Assembly: GCA_977862235.1 (NCBI GenBank)
Contig: OZ374557.1
Location: 186,001-250,000, forward strand
DNA from: Dudresnaya verticillata
Taxonomy: Eukaryota
DNA length: 64,000 nt
Reading direction: 5' to 3'
Numbering within the stretch: the stretch's first letter is position 1; every line of letters begins with the position of its first letter. Positions 11,583-24,434 of this stretch are shown here, piece by piece. The translations under genes were made by a program, and so were the position numbers. A model generated the notes under the pieces. That model did not search any database. It was not told the origin of the DNA and saw only the letters and a program-made list of their open reading frames with translations.

Positions 11583-13883
11583 ATGGCACAATTCAACGGC
11601 CTGCAAGTGGCTGCGCCTTCGGCGGCGCCGGTGTATCCGTCACCATTCGACTTTGTCGGGAGGACTCCCCGCAGCGATGCGCGATTATTCTCGCGGGCCC
11701 CCTGGTTCGACCAGGAGGCCCTGCGGCACGAGGACTTCATCACCCATTACGCTTTGAGCGGATTTTTGCCAGGGGAGTTACCCCTGGCCGTCGTGTGGAC
11801 GAACGAGTGGCGCCATCGGTGTGCCATTCCGAGACGCTGGCTGCGTATTGCAGCCGGGCAGACGCGTGCAGATGCGCACACGCGTTTCGTCGTGGACGTA
11901 TATCGGCGGTTTACCCGTTATTCTGCGTCGGTATCGACGGCACCGTCTTTGAATTTGACGCAGGGCAGTACCGCACCAATGGTGAGGTTGGGTATGGGGA
12001 CCGTCTTGGGACGTTATCACTAAGCCATGTGGCTGTTTCGGCTGGGCCGCGCGTGCTTCAGGAGGCTAACCTCCTTGGCGTACACTTGAAAGCGGATTTC
12101 CGATACCTCCATAGCACGGACACCTTCTATTGGGAGCGCTGCGTCCGTTGGGAGTGCGAAACCTGCCGCCGCAAAGGCGTTTTCGTGCCGTATCAAGATA
12201 CACAAGTTGATCGCACTGAGCGGGAAAAGTTGCCGCATTGCGTCATCCGTGTCCCACCGTTGTGGCGGGAATTTGAAGTCTGCGAGGGCTTTGCGGCTGA
12301 ATTGCCGCCGTGCGTCACGTATATTGGTTCCGAGTTGCGGACGGATCCGTACTCCCGATGTTGGATCGTATTCTTCACCGAGTGGGTTGTGAACGTCACT
12401 TACGCATGGATGTGGGAGGTGTATGACACCTTCCGTCTCTATTACGTGCCACCACGTGTGATCAGCCTCCTTGACGGGCTCGACTTGGCCGAAGCGCTGG
12501 GTGGTGCCAAGAATTGCCAGGCGTTCTGGGATCTACGCCATATGGCGGATAACGTCAACTGGGACGATCCGGCTGTTGTGCCGCAGACAAACCGACGCCG
12601 TAAGACAAACCATCCGCGTTACGCGATGAGTAGAAACCATTCCGCTTTTGGCGATTGGGTGTGGTACAACCCGTGGACAAAACGTCTTACTACGGAGAAC
12701 ATCGCTGAAATCCATCGTCGTACGCTTCACGCCAGCGAACCACCCACGCGGGTTGCGCAGGAATTGCGACTTCGCGGGCGATTTCCCGCCGCACTTGAAC
12801 GCCTTGATGGCGGAGGAGGATGCTTTCCACGCCAACAGCGGACCAGTTAACCCGTCTGGGACGGATATCATTACGCCTATGGCGGTTGAGCCTACTACGG
12901 GGGCAATAGCCCCTACGACGACGTTGCCAGTGGCGGTAGGACCGGTGGTTGTTGTGCCTGTTGGCTTGCCGTCGGTTGCGCCGTTGGAGCTCTCGGCGCC
13001 CGTCAATGACGGTGATGGTGATGCCATCATGGCTGCGCCAGTGGCGAACTCTGCGTCTGCAGTGGCGCCTCAAGGCCGAGTTTCTAACGTCGTTAACGGT
13101 GCGCATCGCCCTCCTGCAGTGCCCGAATGTACTGAGGAGCAGCGGCGCACGGTGCTCGTATTCTTGCGAGCCACCGGTGTCGTCTCTGACGGGGCGGGCG
13201 GGACATCGACGACGCCCCTTGGGCACTCGATCCTGGCTGCTCTGCAGCCCGGCGTTTCCGTGGTGCCAGCGTCGACCGTCGTTGCGACTGCGTCGTTTCG
13301 TGACGAAGGTGCGGCGTCTAATGACGAAGTGGCGACAAAACCGGTGTCGCCTAAGGCGGGTTGCGCGGGTTCGTCCGCCATTGCGTCTACTGACGTTGGT
13401 AACAAAAGTCCGCCAAAGGCGAGTGCGGTGACAGCGCCTACGGCGGCTCCGCGGGCTCCAGTAGCCTCTTCGTCCGTGATGGATGTTGATCGTTCAACAC
13501 CTTTGGCGGTTAATGGGGTCCCGTCACCGGAGGTGCCGGGGCCGTCGACTTCGGCCAAGGTGGTTGAGGATGCTCCGCCTCCAAAGGCGAGCGAGCTTCC
13601 TTGCGTAGCACCTAAGGCGGATAATGATTCTAATTCTGCGCCTGTGGCGGTTGACAAAGAGTCGTCGCCTAAGGCGGGGAGTGAGCCAAGCTCGTCGCCA
13701 GCGGCGGATGTCGAGACTTCGACAGCGGTAGTTATGGCGGGCCCCTTGCGGTCTGTCCCTGCACCCGCTGCGAGCACACCTTTGGTGACGGAGGACGACC
13801 TCTACGAAGAGGCGTTAAGAGAATCCGCCAATGGCGTCGGAATTGATGCCCCATCTAAGCCGTCTGCGACGAAAAAGCCGTAG
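11583..13883 (+). pseudogene. Antisense accessory ORF of element C (~765 codons, 2 frameshifts): Trp/Cys-rich globular N-half + Ala/Pro/Ser/Val low-complexity tail
   Basis: Overlapping ORFs 11535-12023, 11795-12850 and 12648-13883 join by frameshifts near 11915 and ~12730-12790; opposite strand to C pol. Confidence 0.72.
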
Positions 13884-15088
13884 CGTTGTCGGATCGTTAA
13901 GAACAGTTAGCAAACGAGAGAGCGCGTGTGGTGTCCCTTTGCCTGCCCCGAAGCGGGGTGGCAAGCGAGGGATTCATACGTCATAGAAGGTTAGTGCGGC
14001 GTCTCACGACGTAGTGAGAAGTTATACGGGCACGGGGGTTACCCCCGCTTGTGAAGTACGAATAAACTTGACCGTTGTTAAACGTAATTAATTATAGTCC
14101 CACTTGGTGTAGAGCGCTGCGATAGCGAGAAGTGTGTAGCCAACTGGTCGCGTTTGTGTCATCGTTATTGTTTCGTTTCGCTGTAGTAGCGCTTGCATCA
14201 ATGCTTGGGGAGGTGTCGCCTTGGCGACGCCCTCCTTCTTGTTACCGCTACAGTGGCGTAGGCCCTTTTTGGGGGAGCCCATGTCCTTCAGTCGACTTAA
14301 TCATTTTGTTCACATCGTGATTCTGCTCTTGAAGCGAGTATGTAGTTAGGGATCCGTTTGTCCGCTAGCTTTTCGTCTTTGACGTAGGAAATGTTGGGTT
14401 GGCGTCGGGGCGCTTAGGTTAGCGTTGCCCCGAGTGCTGGACGCGTCTCCTGCGACTACTGGGCGTGGCTGCCACGCCCAGCGGCGGAGTCATCTTTGCG
14501 ACTAGCACGTCGTGCACGAAACGTAGCCTAACTCCGTCTTCGACGACTGTTTCTTCTCTCGTGTTTCTGGGCGACCCCTTTTGCGAGTTGAAACACGTCG
14601 TTGACATCCACGGGCGTTGCCCTTGGAGCGCTTGCGTGTGCCGCCCGTAAGGGCGGCGAGTTTCGGATTTGGCCGTGGGTGTGGGAGACGGTCTGTCGCG
14701 TCCGGGCTTGCGTTTGCCTCGTGGGCGCTCGTAGTTCCGGGGCACACACACTTGTCAGATATTCGTTTGTTGGGCGCCGCCTGGCTGGCGGCGCCTTCGC
14801 GTTATTATTTTCACATTAAATCTTTCCATTTCGTTTGTTTCCTGATTTCTTGTGGTGCGTGCACCCTCCACGCGTTCTGACTACTGCCAGCCGTCCTGTC
14901 CTTACGGACCCCCTCCGAAGAGGGTTGCCTATTCGCGTGTCGCCAACTCAACCATTCTTGACGCGGTAGATTACAGCACCCTTCGTCCGTAACGAGTGCA
15001 CCTTCGGGTCAACGTGTATGGGGGCGTGGCGTGTACTGTCGCCTAATTAGACCGCTCCGTTCGCTTCCAGCGTTCACCTTGACTAGGG

Positions 15089-16556
15089 TTACCCGCGCTG
15101 CGCGTCGTCGATGTTTGGCGGCAGGCGCGTGTGCTTCTGACGGTGATATTGGACGACGTGTGATCGCGGTAGACTGGAGGCTGGCTCCCAGGTATTCGCG
15201 GAGGCGGGGTATCCAAACCACTTGACGCGGTAGAGGATCTCACCGTCTTCTGCGTGTGCGTGCGACTCAACCCGGTCGATAACGTATTCCTTCGCGCTTG
15301 CAGCGGTCGACGGGGGATCCTGCCGTTCTAACGCCTTGGGTGGTTCACTTCGTTGCGTGATGGGCGTCTGCACCGGTTCTTCAAACCGTACTCGACGAGT
15401 CGATCGCCTAAGGCGCTGGGCGCCCCGAGCTCTTCCGTAGCGGGTTGTGGTTCGTCCCTTTTTTGGGCTGGTTCCTCGCTTCCAGCGGTGTCCTTCGCGT
15501 TAGCGTGGCCTTCCTCATCTTCAGTCGATACGCTCGCAGCGGGACCTAAATTAGTAGCCGGCGAAGCCGAGGTTGCGTGTCCCATTCGTGCTTGCGCTCT
15601 GAGCGATCGGTGCTCCCGCTGCGGGAGAAGTATTCCTTCTGCACGAATGCGAAGTCACCCACAGCGATTTTCTCCTTCGATTTCCTCAGGCGAGAATCGA
15701 AGTTCCGTTTGTAACGCGCCTGCGTTTTCTCGAGCGACGCTTTTGCGGTTCCCATCAATGCTGCAAGCCAGGTGTGCCACTTAGTGTAGTACTGGCCGGC
15801 GGTGGGTACGATTTAAAGCGACGGCTCCGTTTCCAGCGACAATGGCCGCGGGGGCTTGGATGGTACCAGTTCCAACGGAGCGAGGTGTGAAGACGAATGA
15901 AGTTGCGTATTGTACGCGAACGTGAAATAGTCGGTGCACAGATCCCCGTCCCTTGGGTGATCTGCCACGTATTTACGCAGGGAGGCGAGGATGGTTCGAT
16001 TGAATCGTACTACCTGGCCGTTACACTGCGGATGATACGTAGAGGTGAAGAGATTCTCCACCCCTAGGATGCGGCAGACCTCCTGGAACAACTTGGCTAT
16101 AAATGGCGGCCCATTGTCGGACAGCAGCTTCTTGGTTGGGCCATACACAAACAACCAGTGTCTAACAAACGTCTTAGCGATTTCCAATGCCGTAATCTTA
16201 CGTAAGGGAACCGTTCGGACCAGCTTCGAGAAGCGGTCCAAGATGACGAGTAGGAACTTATTCCCCCGCTTGGTGCGTATGAACTCCCCGAGTATATCGA
16301 TGGACACAAACTCGAGAGGCTCGGTGGCTGGGAACAGTTTCATCTCCCTCACGTTCTTTCGCATCAGTACCCGGTTCTTCGCGCAGGTAACGCAATTGCG
16401 GACGGTTACATAACAATACACCGACATAGACGGCCAATAATACTCGCGTCGAAGCGTATGGTATAGCTTCCGCCCTCCGGGGTGTCCTGATAACTTAGCA
16501 TGATGCCGGAGGTAGAGCAACCGAGCGTGTAACGCGGATGGTACAGCGAATTTCAT
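15089..16556 (-). pseudogene. pol: Element C integrase + chromodomain
   Basis: GHPGGRKLY...CVTC, IDILG, LSDNGPPF and YHPQCNGQV. Chromodomain YVIDRVESH...YRVKWFGYPASANTWEPASSL. Confidence 0.93.
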
Positions 16557-16559
16557 TCA

Positions 16560-17990
16560 CATTGTTGACTTTTCCACAGGGGCCATTCCGTGCTTGCCTG
16601 AAACAGAACGCTGTGGCGTTTCTGACTCGGATCAGGAGGAGTTTTGTGGATTTTAGTCTTTCAGACACGACCTCACTCTACCCTGCACAACATATCTCAC
16701 ATAAAAACGGGCCACAGTTTCTGTAGTTTACGCTTATACGTCAAATGAAACAAATCCAATTTCCTTGTTCGTCACAGACGGCCGTGAAAACGAAACCGTG
16801 TTCTGGTTGCCTTCCAACGAGGACCTCATCGCACTTCTGGAATAGGTCCCTTCCACATAGTGTTTGCGTACTCGTAGATGCTAAGCTCGTTTTCGATTTC
16901 AGTCTGCGTATAAATTATCTGGAGGTCCTTCATGTCCTTGTTTATGCAAGTGTTCTTCCGTGTGTAGTGTTGCTCTAGAAACAGGCGACACAACTGGTCT
17001 AAATGGAACGCCTCTTCCCGAGCGCCATGAACAGTCTTCGTAATGGCCGATTCCAGAACGAAGGCTGACTCTCCGTAGTAACATCCAATCATCACGTATC
17101 TCACTCTGTGCTGTAGTAGCAACAACACTAAACGCAGAATTTTAACTCTGTATCGATCCAGCTGCGTCTCATTCTGGCACTTCAGGAAACATAAACTGCC
17201 CCACTCCTCTTCATCTTTGTACACTGCTATTGCTATACCAAGCTCATCAATCCTTTTATAGCGCCAAACCAGTGCTTTTCCGCCTCCATCTTTCTCTCCA
17301 TGACCCTTTCGAGTGTCTCCAGGCGTGCTTGGGACTCCTCTGAAGACAGCGTCTCCTGGCCGGCTCCCATACTTCCTCTAATTACGGTCTCCGGCTTGTA
17401 GTGATCGTCGTCCTCGCAATGCTCCGAGTCCGAGTCCAACTTTCCAACTGCGGAGGCAACAAGATACTTGGCAGCGGGCTTCATGAAAACCTTGTGGCAT
17501 AACCGGGAAGAATCCCCTCCGCAATATGAGGGATGCTTGTATTCAGCCTCCACCCTACGAACTAAAGCAAAGTACAGCGCCTGGTTATAGCAAGCAAAAC
17601 TATCCCTAATTATACTTCACTCATTGTCCGCCGTACACACATAGAAACACACGCGCAGATATTCATCACTTTGCATTGCGTGAACTCGACACTGTTCAGG
17701 CATTTCTCTGCCCAGTAGGGGTATGGCAGCAACCACAAATACTTGTTCTCAAGCCCGCCTGCTGCTGCTCTCGCCTCTCTATTTCCATTGCGGTCACTAT
17801 ATGTAGCATACAACGGCTTGCAGCTGATATTCTGGGACACGTACAGACACATGCGTTAGGGCTTGGATATATATTTCCATCTATCAGATTAGAGAAATGT
17901 TCAGATACGATCACGTTGTCCTCGGGTATAGTAAGGCTGAAGGCATTAGCTAATTGCCTTCTTATCACCACTCCGCATACTTGCAGCTGG
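16560..17990 (-). pseudogene. Decayed coding remnant of unknown function (probably TE-borne)
   Basis: Chain of protein-like ORF pieces (17610-17852, 17233-17553, 16826-17224). Motif DRYRVKILRLV resembles ERYRVNILALV at ~59590. Confidence 0.4.
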
Positions 17991-18743
17991 GGATGACTTC
18001 GTAATTGTCATTTAATACTGGAACTGAAACGTTGTGGCACTTCTCAGCCGACTAGAGTCAGCATGTTTCGGAGTACTGTCACGACTGGAGCAATTTGTCC
18101 AGCTAAAATAGGACTTCGTCCCCAACAGCACAGCACGTGTACCACGTCACTGTACAGTCCTTCGTTACCTTGCTGTTGAATCCAATAGACTTGGGTGTAT
18201 CAGTTGATCCCACATGGGGGACAAGGAACCATTATCAGGCACATAGGATGAGGCATGTTCGTCTCGACTTCGTCATTGCAGCTCAGAATTAGTGTCTCAG
18301 TTGCTTTATTTACGTTACCGACATGGCCACCCGCAACGGATCCTCAGTACTGTACTTTGCCTCACCACCACCTCATAGCGCGACGATGTTCTGATTTAGG
18401 CACTGTCACATGTATATTGAAGGCTGTACAGTAGCATTACTGGGCTGAGAATAGTAACGTATCGTGAGTGTGTGCCAGTGCTGCAAGCCCCTCCATTACA
18501 TTGCGGATTGCGTGCTCTAATACCATTTCATTGGAGTGACTGTTGTCTATAACTGCGGTTGTAGTAGGAAGGAGAGGCATACGATGCCACATTTTACAAG
18601 AACGGACCCTCCCTGATACACAAGCTAGGTGATGATTTATTCACTGCTCGTTGGTGTTGTGCCCTCGTGATACGTACCGTGCCGATTTCATGTTGTACAA
18701 GCACGAGAAAGACATCGACAAAACGACGAGTCCGTGATCTTCC

Positions 18744-18880
18744 ATGCCTCCGAATCGTAAGGAGCGTCGAAATTCTACGAGAAAAGAAGTCCATTCTGGT
18801 CAGGGAACAGACTTCGAGATACCCTCAACGGCTTCTCCGCAGGCGCATGTTCTGTTCCTGGAACTTCTTAGGAGAACCAC
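18744..18880 (+). pseudogene. 5' part of ParB/Srx-like ORF, interrupted by Copia D
   Basis: ATG at 18744 (MPPNRKERR...LELLRRT) continues in frame at 24985 once D and one TSD copy are removed. Confidence 0.65.
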
Positions 18881-19425
18881 TGTCGTTCAACTTGGGTAGG
18901 TATAGAGGACTTCGAGCGAAGTCAATCTGGCCCAGCCTTGGCCGGAGATTATAAATGGGTGGTCAAGATAGAGTAGCATGCAGTGTCAATTGTCACTGAA
19001 TATTGTCAGTAGTTGCATTCAACTCCACGTTCGCGTGGAGGGTGAAACTCAGTACAAGAACTATTCCGATGTCAGCAACAAAGTAAAAGAAAAGTCAACG
19101 ATTACAAAACAGAACAACAACCAAACAATCTAGGGAACTAGTCTAGCACACGCTACAGACCGGAGACGGTGCAACGCTTTGCGTTTGCAACTAATGGAAG
19201 ACAAGTTCAAAGAATCACGGAACACTCAACTAGTGTCTACGTTTGAATCAACCTCCGCTACCATTGGAATCAATTGCTCCGCCCTCAGTCAGCTCTTTTG
19301 AGAGCCGTTCCGAGCGTGCAGCTCTTGCACTCGTGCTAACCGAAGCAGCCCTTTTGAGGGCTGTTTATCGACGACCACGTGTGGATCCTAACGGCTACAG
19401 TGCCGTAAAGGTCTGTATTTCGACA
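18881..19425 (+). repeat. 5' LTR of Copia D
   Basis: TGTCG...CGACA; near-identical to 24435-24979; TATAAAT at ~18950. Confidence 0.97.
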
Positions 19426-19477
19426 GTTATAACTGTCCTGGGATTTGGCAGCTGCACAGGACAAATATTGCTACGCA

Positions 19478-22400
19478 ATGACAGACCAAGCCAACACTGA
19501 AGGCCCGTCTTCAGCTGGGAACGACGAGAACTTCGTCGATACTCATGCAGAAGCTAATATCAGTATTCTTCCGGAACCTGATGACTTAGGTGACCCTGAC
19601 CCCCTACCGCCAAACGCCAGCAAGGCGGATGAGAAGGTATTTCGTGATGCAGTGGCTACCTATTCAAAGGAGATGCTTGATTCCTTTCTGGACTCCAAGC
19701 TGTACGGAGAAGAGCTGTGGCGCGATTTCACCTCAACATTTCGTGAGCACACTATTAGACACATGCCAAGAAATACGATGCATAAATGGGTTCAAATGCT
19801 TACTGAACGTGGCGTTTATGTTAAGAAGAAGCAAGGTTATGCAAGAAGCAGGGCATTGACAGAGTGTTTGAAGCAAGATAGTTTTATTCCAATGAGAACC
19901 GTCGCGGAAAAAGGTCCAGTTCAGAATGGCAATGTGCCAACTAGCTCAGTTGCAGACCCGCTGACTTATCGTCCACGTACGGAAGCTGATGCAAGTACTG
20001 TTGTGCGTGATAGATCAGAAGGAGCTAACGAAGACCATGGACGTGTTACAGACGCGAAGCCGGACTCGCAGGCGAAAGATAAGTTTCCAAAGGGTGGTGC
20101 TGAAGATGGTTATGGTTCTGGTGCTATCAGTGACAGTGCGGACAAGATCAATGGTACCCCGAGCGCGGTTAATATTGAAAACGTTCATCAGGATACTTTG
20201 GAATACCGCAAGAGGTCTAATTCACTCGGAATCACCGGATTGATGAAGTCTTTCCAAGGCAGAAAGCAATATTCCGGCGGACTAGATGAAGATTTGCACG
20301 GCACACTTGAGTTGTACGAGACTATGTCACGTGTGTGTAGACTGACCGAAGAAGAAAAAGCGGAGGCACTACCGATCATGCTTAAGGATGATGCCCTGAC
20401 TTTCTACATGAGTATATACAATGCGGATGACTCTTACCAGAGCATTTCGCAGCGCCTTATTGACAACTATATGAGCAAGGAGCAGCGCAATCGCGCTCTT
20501 GTATTGTGGCAGTCGATGAAACTCTCTTACGCTATGCGTGAAGAACCGAACAAGAGTGAGCTGGAAGTTTTTCGCGCGTTTTCCCATCGTCTCTCACAAT
20601 TGCAGCGTCAATTGGACTCCGTCTACCGTAAGGACCATTTTCTACGAGACCAATTGGTTCTCTCTGCAGATAATGCGCAAATTGCGCAATCAATGCGAGA
20701 AAGAGTACCAAAATCCTCACAAGATGCTCGAAACCGTATTGCGACGTTTCTATCAAACGAACCACGTTCGGCCGGTGGTTTTGTAGTCTCCCAAACAGAT
20801 TTTCATGGCGCTCATTACACAACTGGGCAGCGATTCGGTGGAGCTGCACGCAAACCGGTGAAGGGTACATATGGCCGCAGTAAGCCGCAAAGAGGAAGAT
20901 TATCATCTAGATGGCTAGCTGGACACAAGGGCTGCTACGTGTGTGGAAAAGATCATCTTGCCCGAACTCGCCATTCTAAAGCTGAAGTATCTGCAGCGAT
21001 TGAGAAGCTACGAAAGAGGAACCCCATGGCACTTTTAACTGTGGAAGACCTTGCTCTTATTGCTGAAGGATTGACGATTGGAGATTCTGAGTCAGATAGC
21101 GAGGATGAAATTGTCATGTCAGACGAGGACGAGAGTGAAGATGACACCGCTCATATCGTTGAAGATTGCCACGAAGATGACATGAGCCTTCATAAGAATG
21201 AGGAGGCACATTTAGCGAACGTGTCATTCCTTCATGGAAAAACGTTTGCGAAGGACCTCGAAATGCAGTTGGCAGCAATGCATGAGGAGTTGAGAAGTGG
21301 CGAACGAATCCCATTCAAGGGGTTATATATTGACACATGTGCGAACCGTTCCTCGGTGATGGCTTACTCCCAGTACAAGGCCTACTGCGAAGAGTTCCAG
21401 GTTCCATGCCAGATTGATCGCTGTGATACCAGAACTCTACGAGGAATAGGAGGAAAGAGCAAAACCGTTGGAACTGCAACCATCCCGGTCCCTTTCAGGG
21501 ATCTAAATCTCGTTATCGACGTCAAGTTTCAGATAGTCTCGGATAATGTGCCAACATTACTTAGCATGAAAGATATGCTTGAAAACGGTTTAGACATCAG
21601 CATACAACAACAAGAGGTACTGTACAAGCACTTAAGGCAAAAACTATCTCTACAGAACTATTTCCTTATTCACAAGTGGAGTCGCGGAGATGTAGCCTAT
21701 TCCCTCTACACTGAGGCAGAACTCAAGAAGCTCCATCGCGTTTTTGGACATCCTTCCGTATCAGCTCTCATCAATATACTTCGTAAGGCGAGACCAGCGG
21801 AGATGACCAAAGAAGTACGAGAGTGTGTGGCAGAGATTGTCAAGTCCTGTGTGACGTGCGCTGTTAATGCTTCGAGGCCCCGTAGATTCAAGATTACTGT
21901 TGGTACTGATGACCTACGTTTCAATCATATTGTTGCAGCGGACTTGATGTTTATTAACCGGAAAGCCGTCCTACATGTCGTCGATGAGGCAACGCACTAC
22001 TGTGCTGCAGCTTTCCTAAAAAGCCATAGTTCAGCGGCAGTTTGGAAGACTCTTCTCAAATGCTGGTCACTAGTATACTTAGGCCCACCCGATTTTCTTC
22101 GTGTCGATCAAGGGTCCAATTTTGTGTCTAAAGAGTTCCTGGACAATGCTGAAGCTGATGGAATATCCGTACTACAAGCTCCTATTGAATCTCCGTCTAC
22201 CATGTCTCATGTTGAGAGATACCATGGTCCACTTCGCGTAGCCTACAACAAAATACGCCAGAGCATGCCAAGAACAGAAGGAGATAATGAGTGTCTACAA
22301 ATGGCCGTCAAAGCTGTAAATGACACCATCGGTCCAGAAGGGTTATGTCCAAGTTTACTTGTATTTGGGACTATCCCGAGACCGGCCAGAAGGACTCCGG

Positions 22401-24403
22401 CTGACACACAGCTAGCACGAGCACGTGCTATTGATAAAGCAATGGACGCCATAAACAAGGAGCAGTCCAAGAGAAGAATATCATTCGGTTTAAAGCACTC
22501 GGGTGGTCCGAAGGGAACAGAACACAGCGCCGTGCTCAGAAAGCTCCCTGCAGGTTCCCCGGTATAAGTGTACAGAACTAACTCCAAGAAATGGGAGGGA
22601 CCGTTTCCTTTTATTCATGTGGATGGAGAGACAGCTGTAGTACAACTCTCTTCTGGTCGCAAGATTTTTCGGACGAACGTTATCAAGCCTATGACAGAAC
22701 CACAGTACCCTGACATTATCGAACCTGACATTATCGAACCTAAAGTTCAGCATGAGGACTCACCAGCGAAGAACTTCGATAATGCAACAACTCAACCTGG
22801 TACCATTGATGATGCCAGTGTCTACCTGACTGAAGATGTTTTGAAGAATATGTTCGGTGATGAAGTGTTAAGAGAGGAAATCTACATCGCAAACCCCAGT
22901 GTCGATCACACGTTTGCCGAATCCAGAGCAGCAGAGCTGAAAGGTCTCGAGGAACGAGAAGTATTTGAGATCGTGAAGGAGGCTAGTATCCCGAAAGGAA
23001 CACGGATATACGGTTCAAGATGGGTTGATCTTCTCAAGTCGGTAGAAGGAAAAAAGATCGAGAAATCCAGACTGGTAGCCCAAAACTTCCGTGACAAAGG
23101 AGCTTCCGAGATACCAACGAAATCTCCTACAGTAAGCCGAGTTGGACAGAGGATCGCATTGGCACTGGGTTCCATGTTTCCTGAAGTTTCGTCCTATATC
23201 AGGGACATCTCACAAGCCTATCTCCAGTCTGAGTACCCCCTCAAACGAAAGGTTTACCTTAGACCTCCACCGGAGATGCTCTTGGAAGAAGGAATAGTTC
23301 TTCTCGTCAGGAAGCCTCTTTACGGAATTCCAGAGAGTGGACTGTATTGGTTCATTACTTACTCTACACATCATATCGAGAAACTTTTCATGAAGGCCAC
23401 CAAGTATGACCCTTGCCTACTGTACCGCAGGGACAATGAAGTACTAAAAGGAGTAACAGCATTACAAGTAGATGACTCATATGGAAACGGTACTACTGAA
23501 TTTCTGCAAGACGAGGAAAGGGCATCTTCAAGGTTTCAATGCAAACCACGGAAGATATTGAGATCTGGGGACCACAGTACTTTCAACGGGATGACCATTT
23601 CTATCAAAGGTGATAGAAAGCATTGCATTACGCAGCCAGATAAGCTCCGAAAGATCAAGATGCCGGAAAATGACCGAGAGTTCGTAAGCGTTCGAGCACA
23701 AGCACAGTATGTTGGATGTTGTACCCGTCCTGACCTTTGTGCAGTCGTTCAACTACTCGCTAGTTCAGCTCCAAGCCCACTACCATCTGATTTCAAAAGA
23801 CTGCGCAACGTTGTGAAAAGATGTCATGAAACCGCCGACATAGGGTTGAGCTATATTCCGCTGGACAGAAAATCTCTACGGCTAGTCTTATTCACCGACG
23901 CATCTTTTGCTAACGCCGAAAACCTCAAATCGCAAATAGGGTTTGTTTTAGTGCTGGCTGATGAACACAATAACGCCAACATTATTCATTACGGCAGTTC
24001 CCGATGCAAACGAGTTACTCGTTCCGTTATGGCTGCCGAAGTTCACGCTTTGATGTATGGGTTTGATAATGCATACATAGTGAGAGAGATGATGAAGGAA
24101 ATTCTTGGGAAAGAGCTAGAAATTGATGCTTATGTGGACTCTAAGACATTGTTTAACATAGTGGCAAAGAACAGTTCTACATTGGAAAAACGCCTTCAGA
24201 TTGATATTTTTGCAATTCGGGAAAGCCATGCACGCAAGGAACTTCGCTACTTACCCTGGATACCCGGTTCTCAAAATGTTGCTGATGGTTTAACGAAGGG
24301 AATTGTAGGAGACTCGCACCCTCTCTGGAAGTTACTAACTACCAACCGGCTAGAAGTAAAACCAGAAGGTTGGGTTGACGGGACGCGAAATGAATCGATT
24401 TGA
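19478..24403 (+). pseudogene. pol: Copia D gag-pol polyprotein (~1640 codons) with a single in-frame TAA at 22565-22567
   Basis: CYVCGKDH knuckle, IDTCANRS (PR), HRVFGH...CVTC, VDQGSNF and VERYH (IN), WEGP, KSRLVA, KPLYG and LQVDD (RT), FTDASF, EKRLQID and NVADGLTK (RNase H). Confidence 0.95.
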
Positions 24404-24434
24404 AGAAAAATCTCCAAAAAGAAAAACCTTCGAG

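Larger units (their letters stand above)
10221..16556 (-). mobile_element. Chromodomain Gypsy element 'C', 3' half (IN-chromodomain, antisense ORF, PPT, 3' LTR); 5'-truncated
   Basis: Integrase and chromodomain on the minus strand; PPT and LTR at the left end; abruptly cuts B at 10220. Confidence 0.88.

Noticed and set aside
13070..13777. Long minus-strand ORF (235 aa) and similar shadows (37892-38704, 45988-46983, 10706-11464, 52231-52962)
   Set aside because: These are antisense shadows of GC-rich or low-complexity frames, or lie in LTR/non-coding DNA; no recognisable motifs.
19243..19500. Repeated 85-107 aa ORF (also 24797-25063 and 61863-62186)
   Set aside because: It lies within the Copia LTR and starts at TTG; the repetition simply reflects LTR copies.
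22565..22567. Programmed stop-codon read-through in Copia D
   Set aside because: The stop falls inside the integrase C-terminus rather than at the gag/pol border; a TTA>TAA point mutation is simpler.
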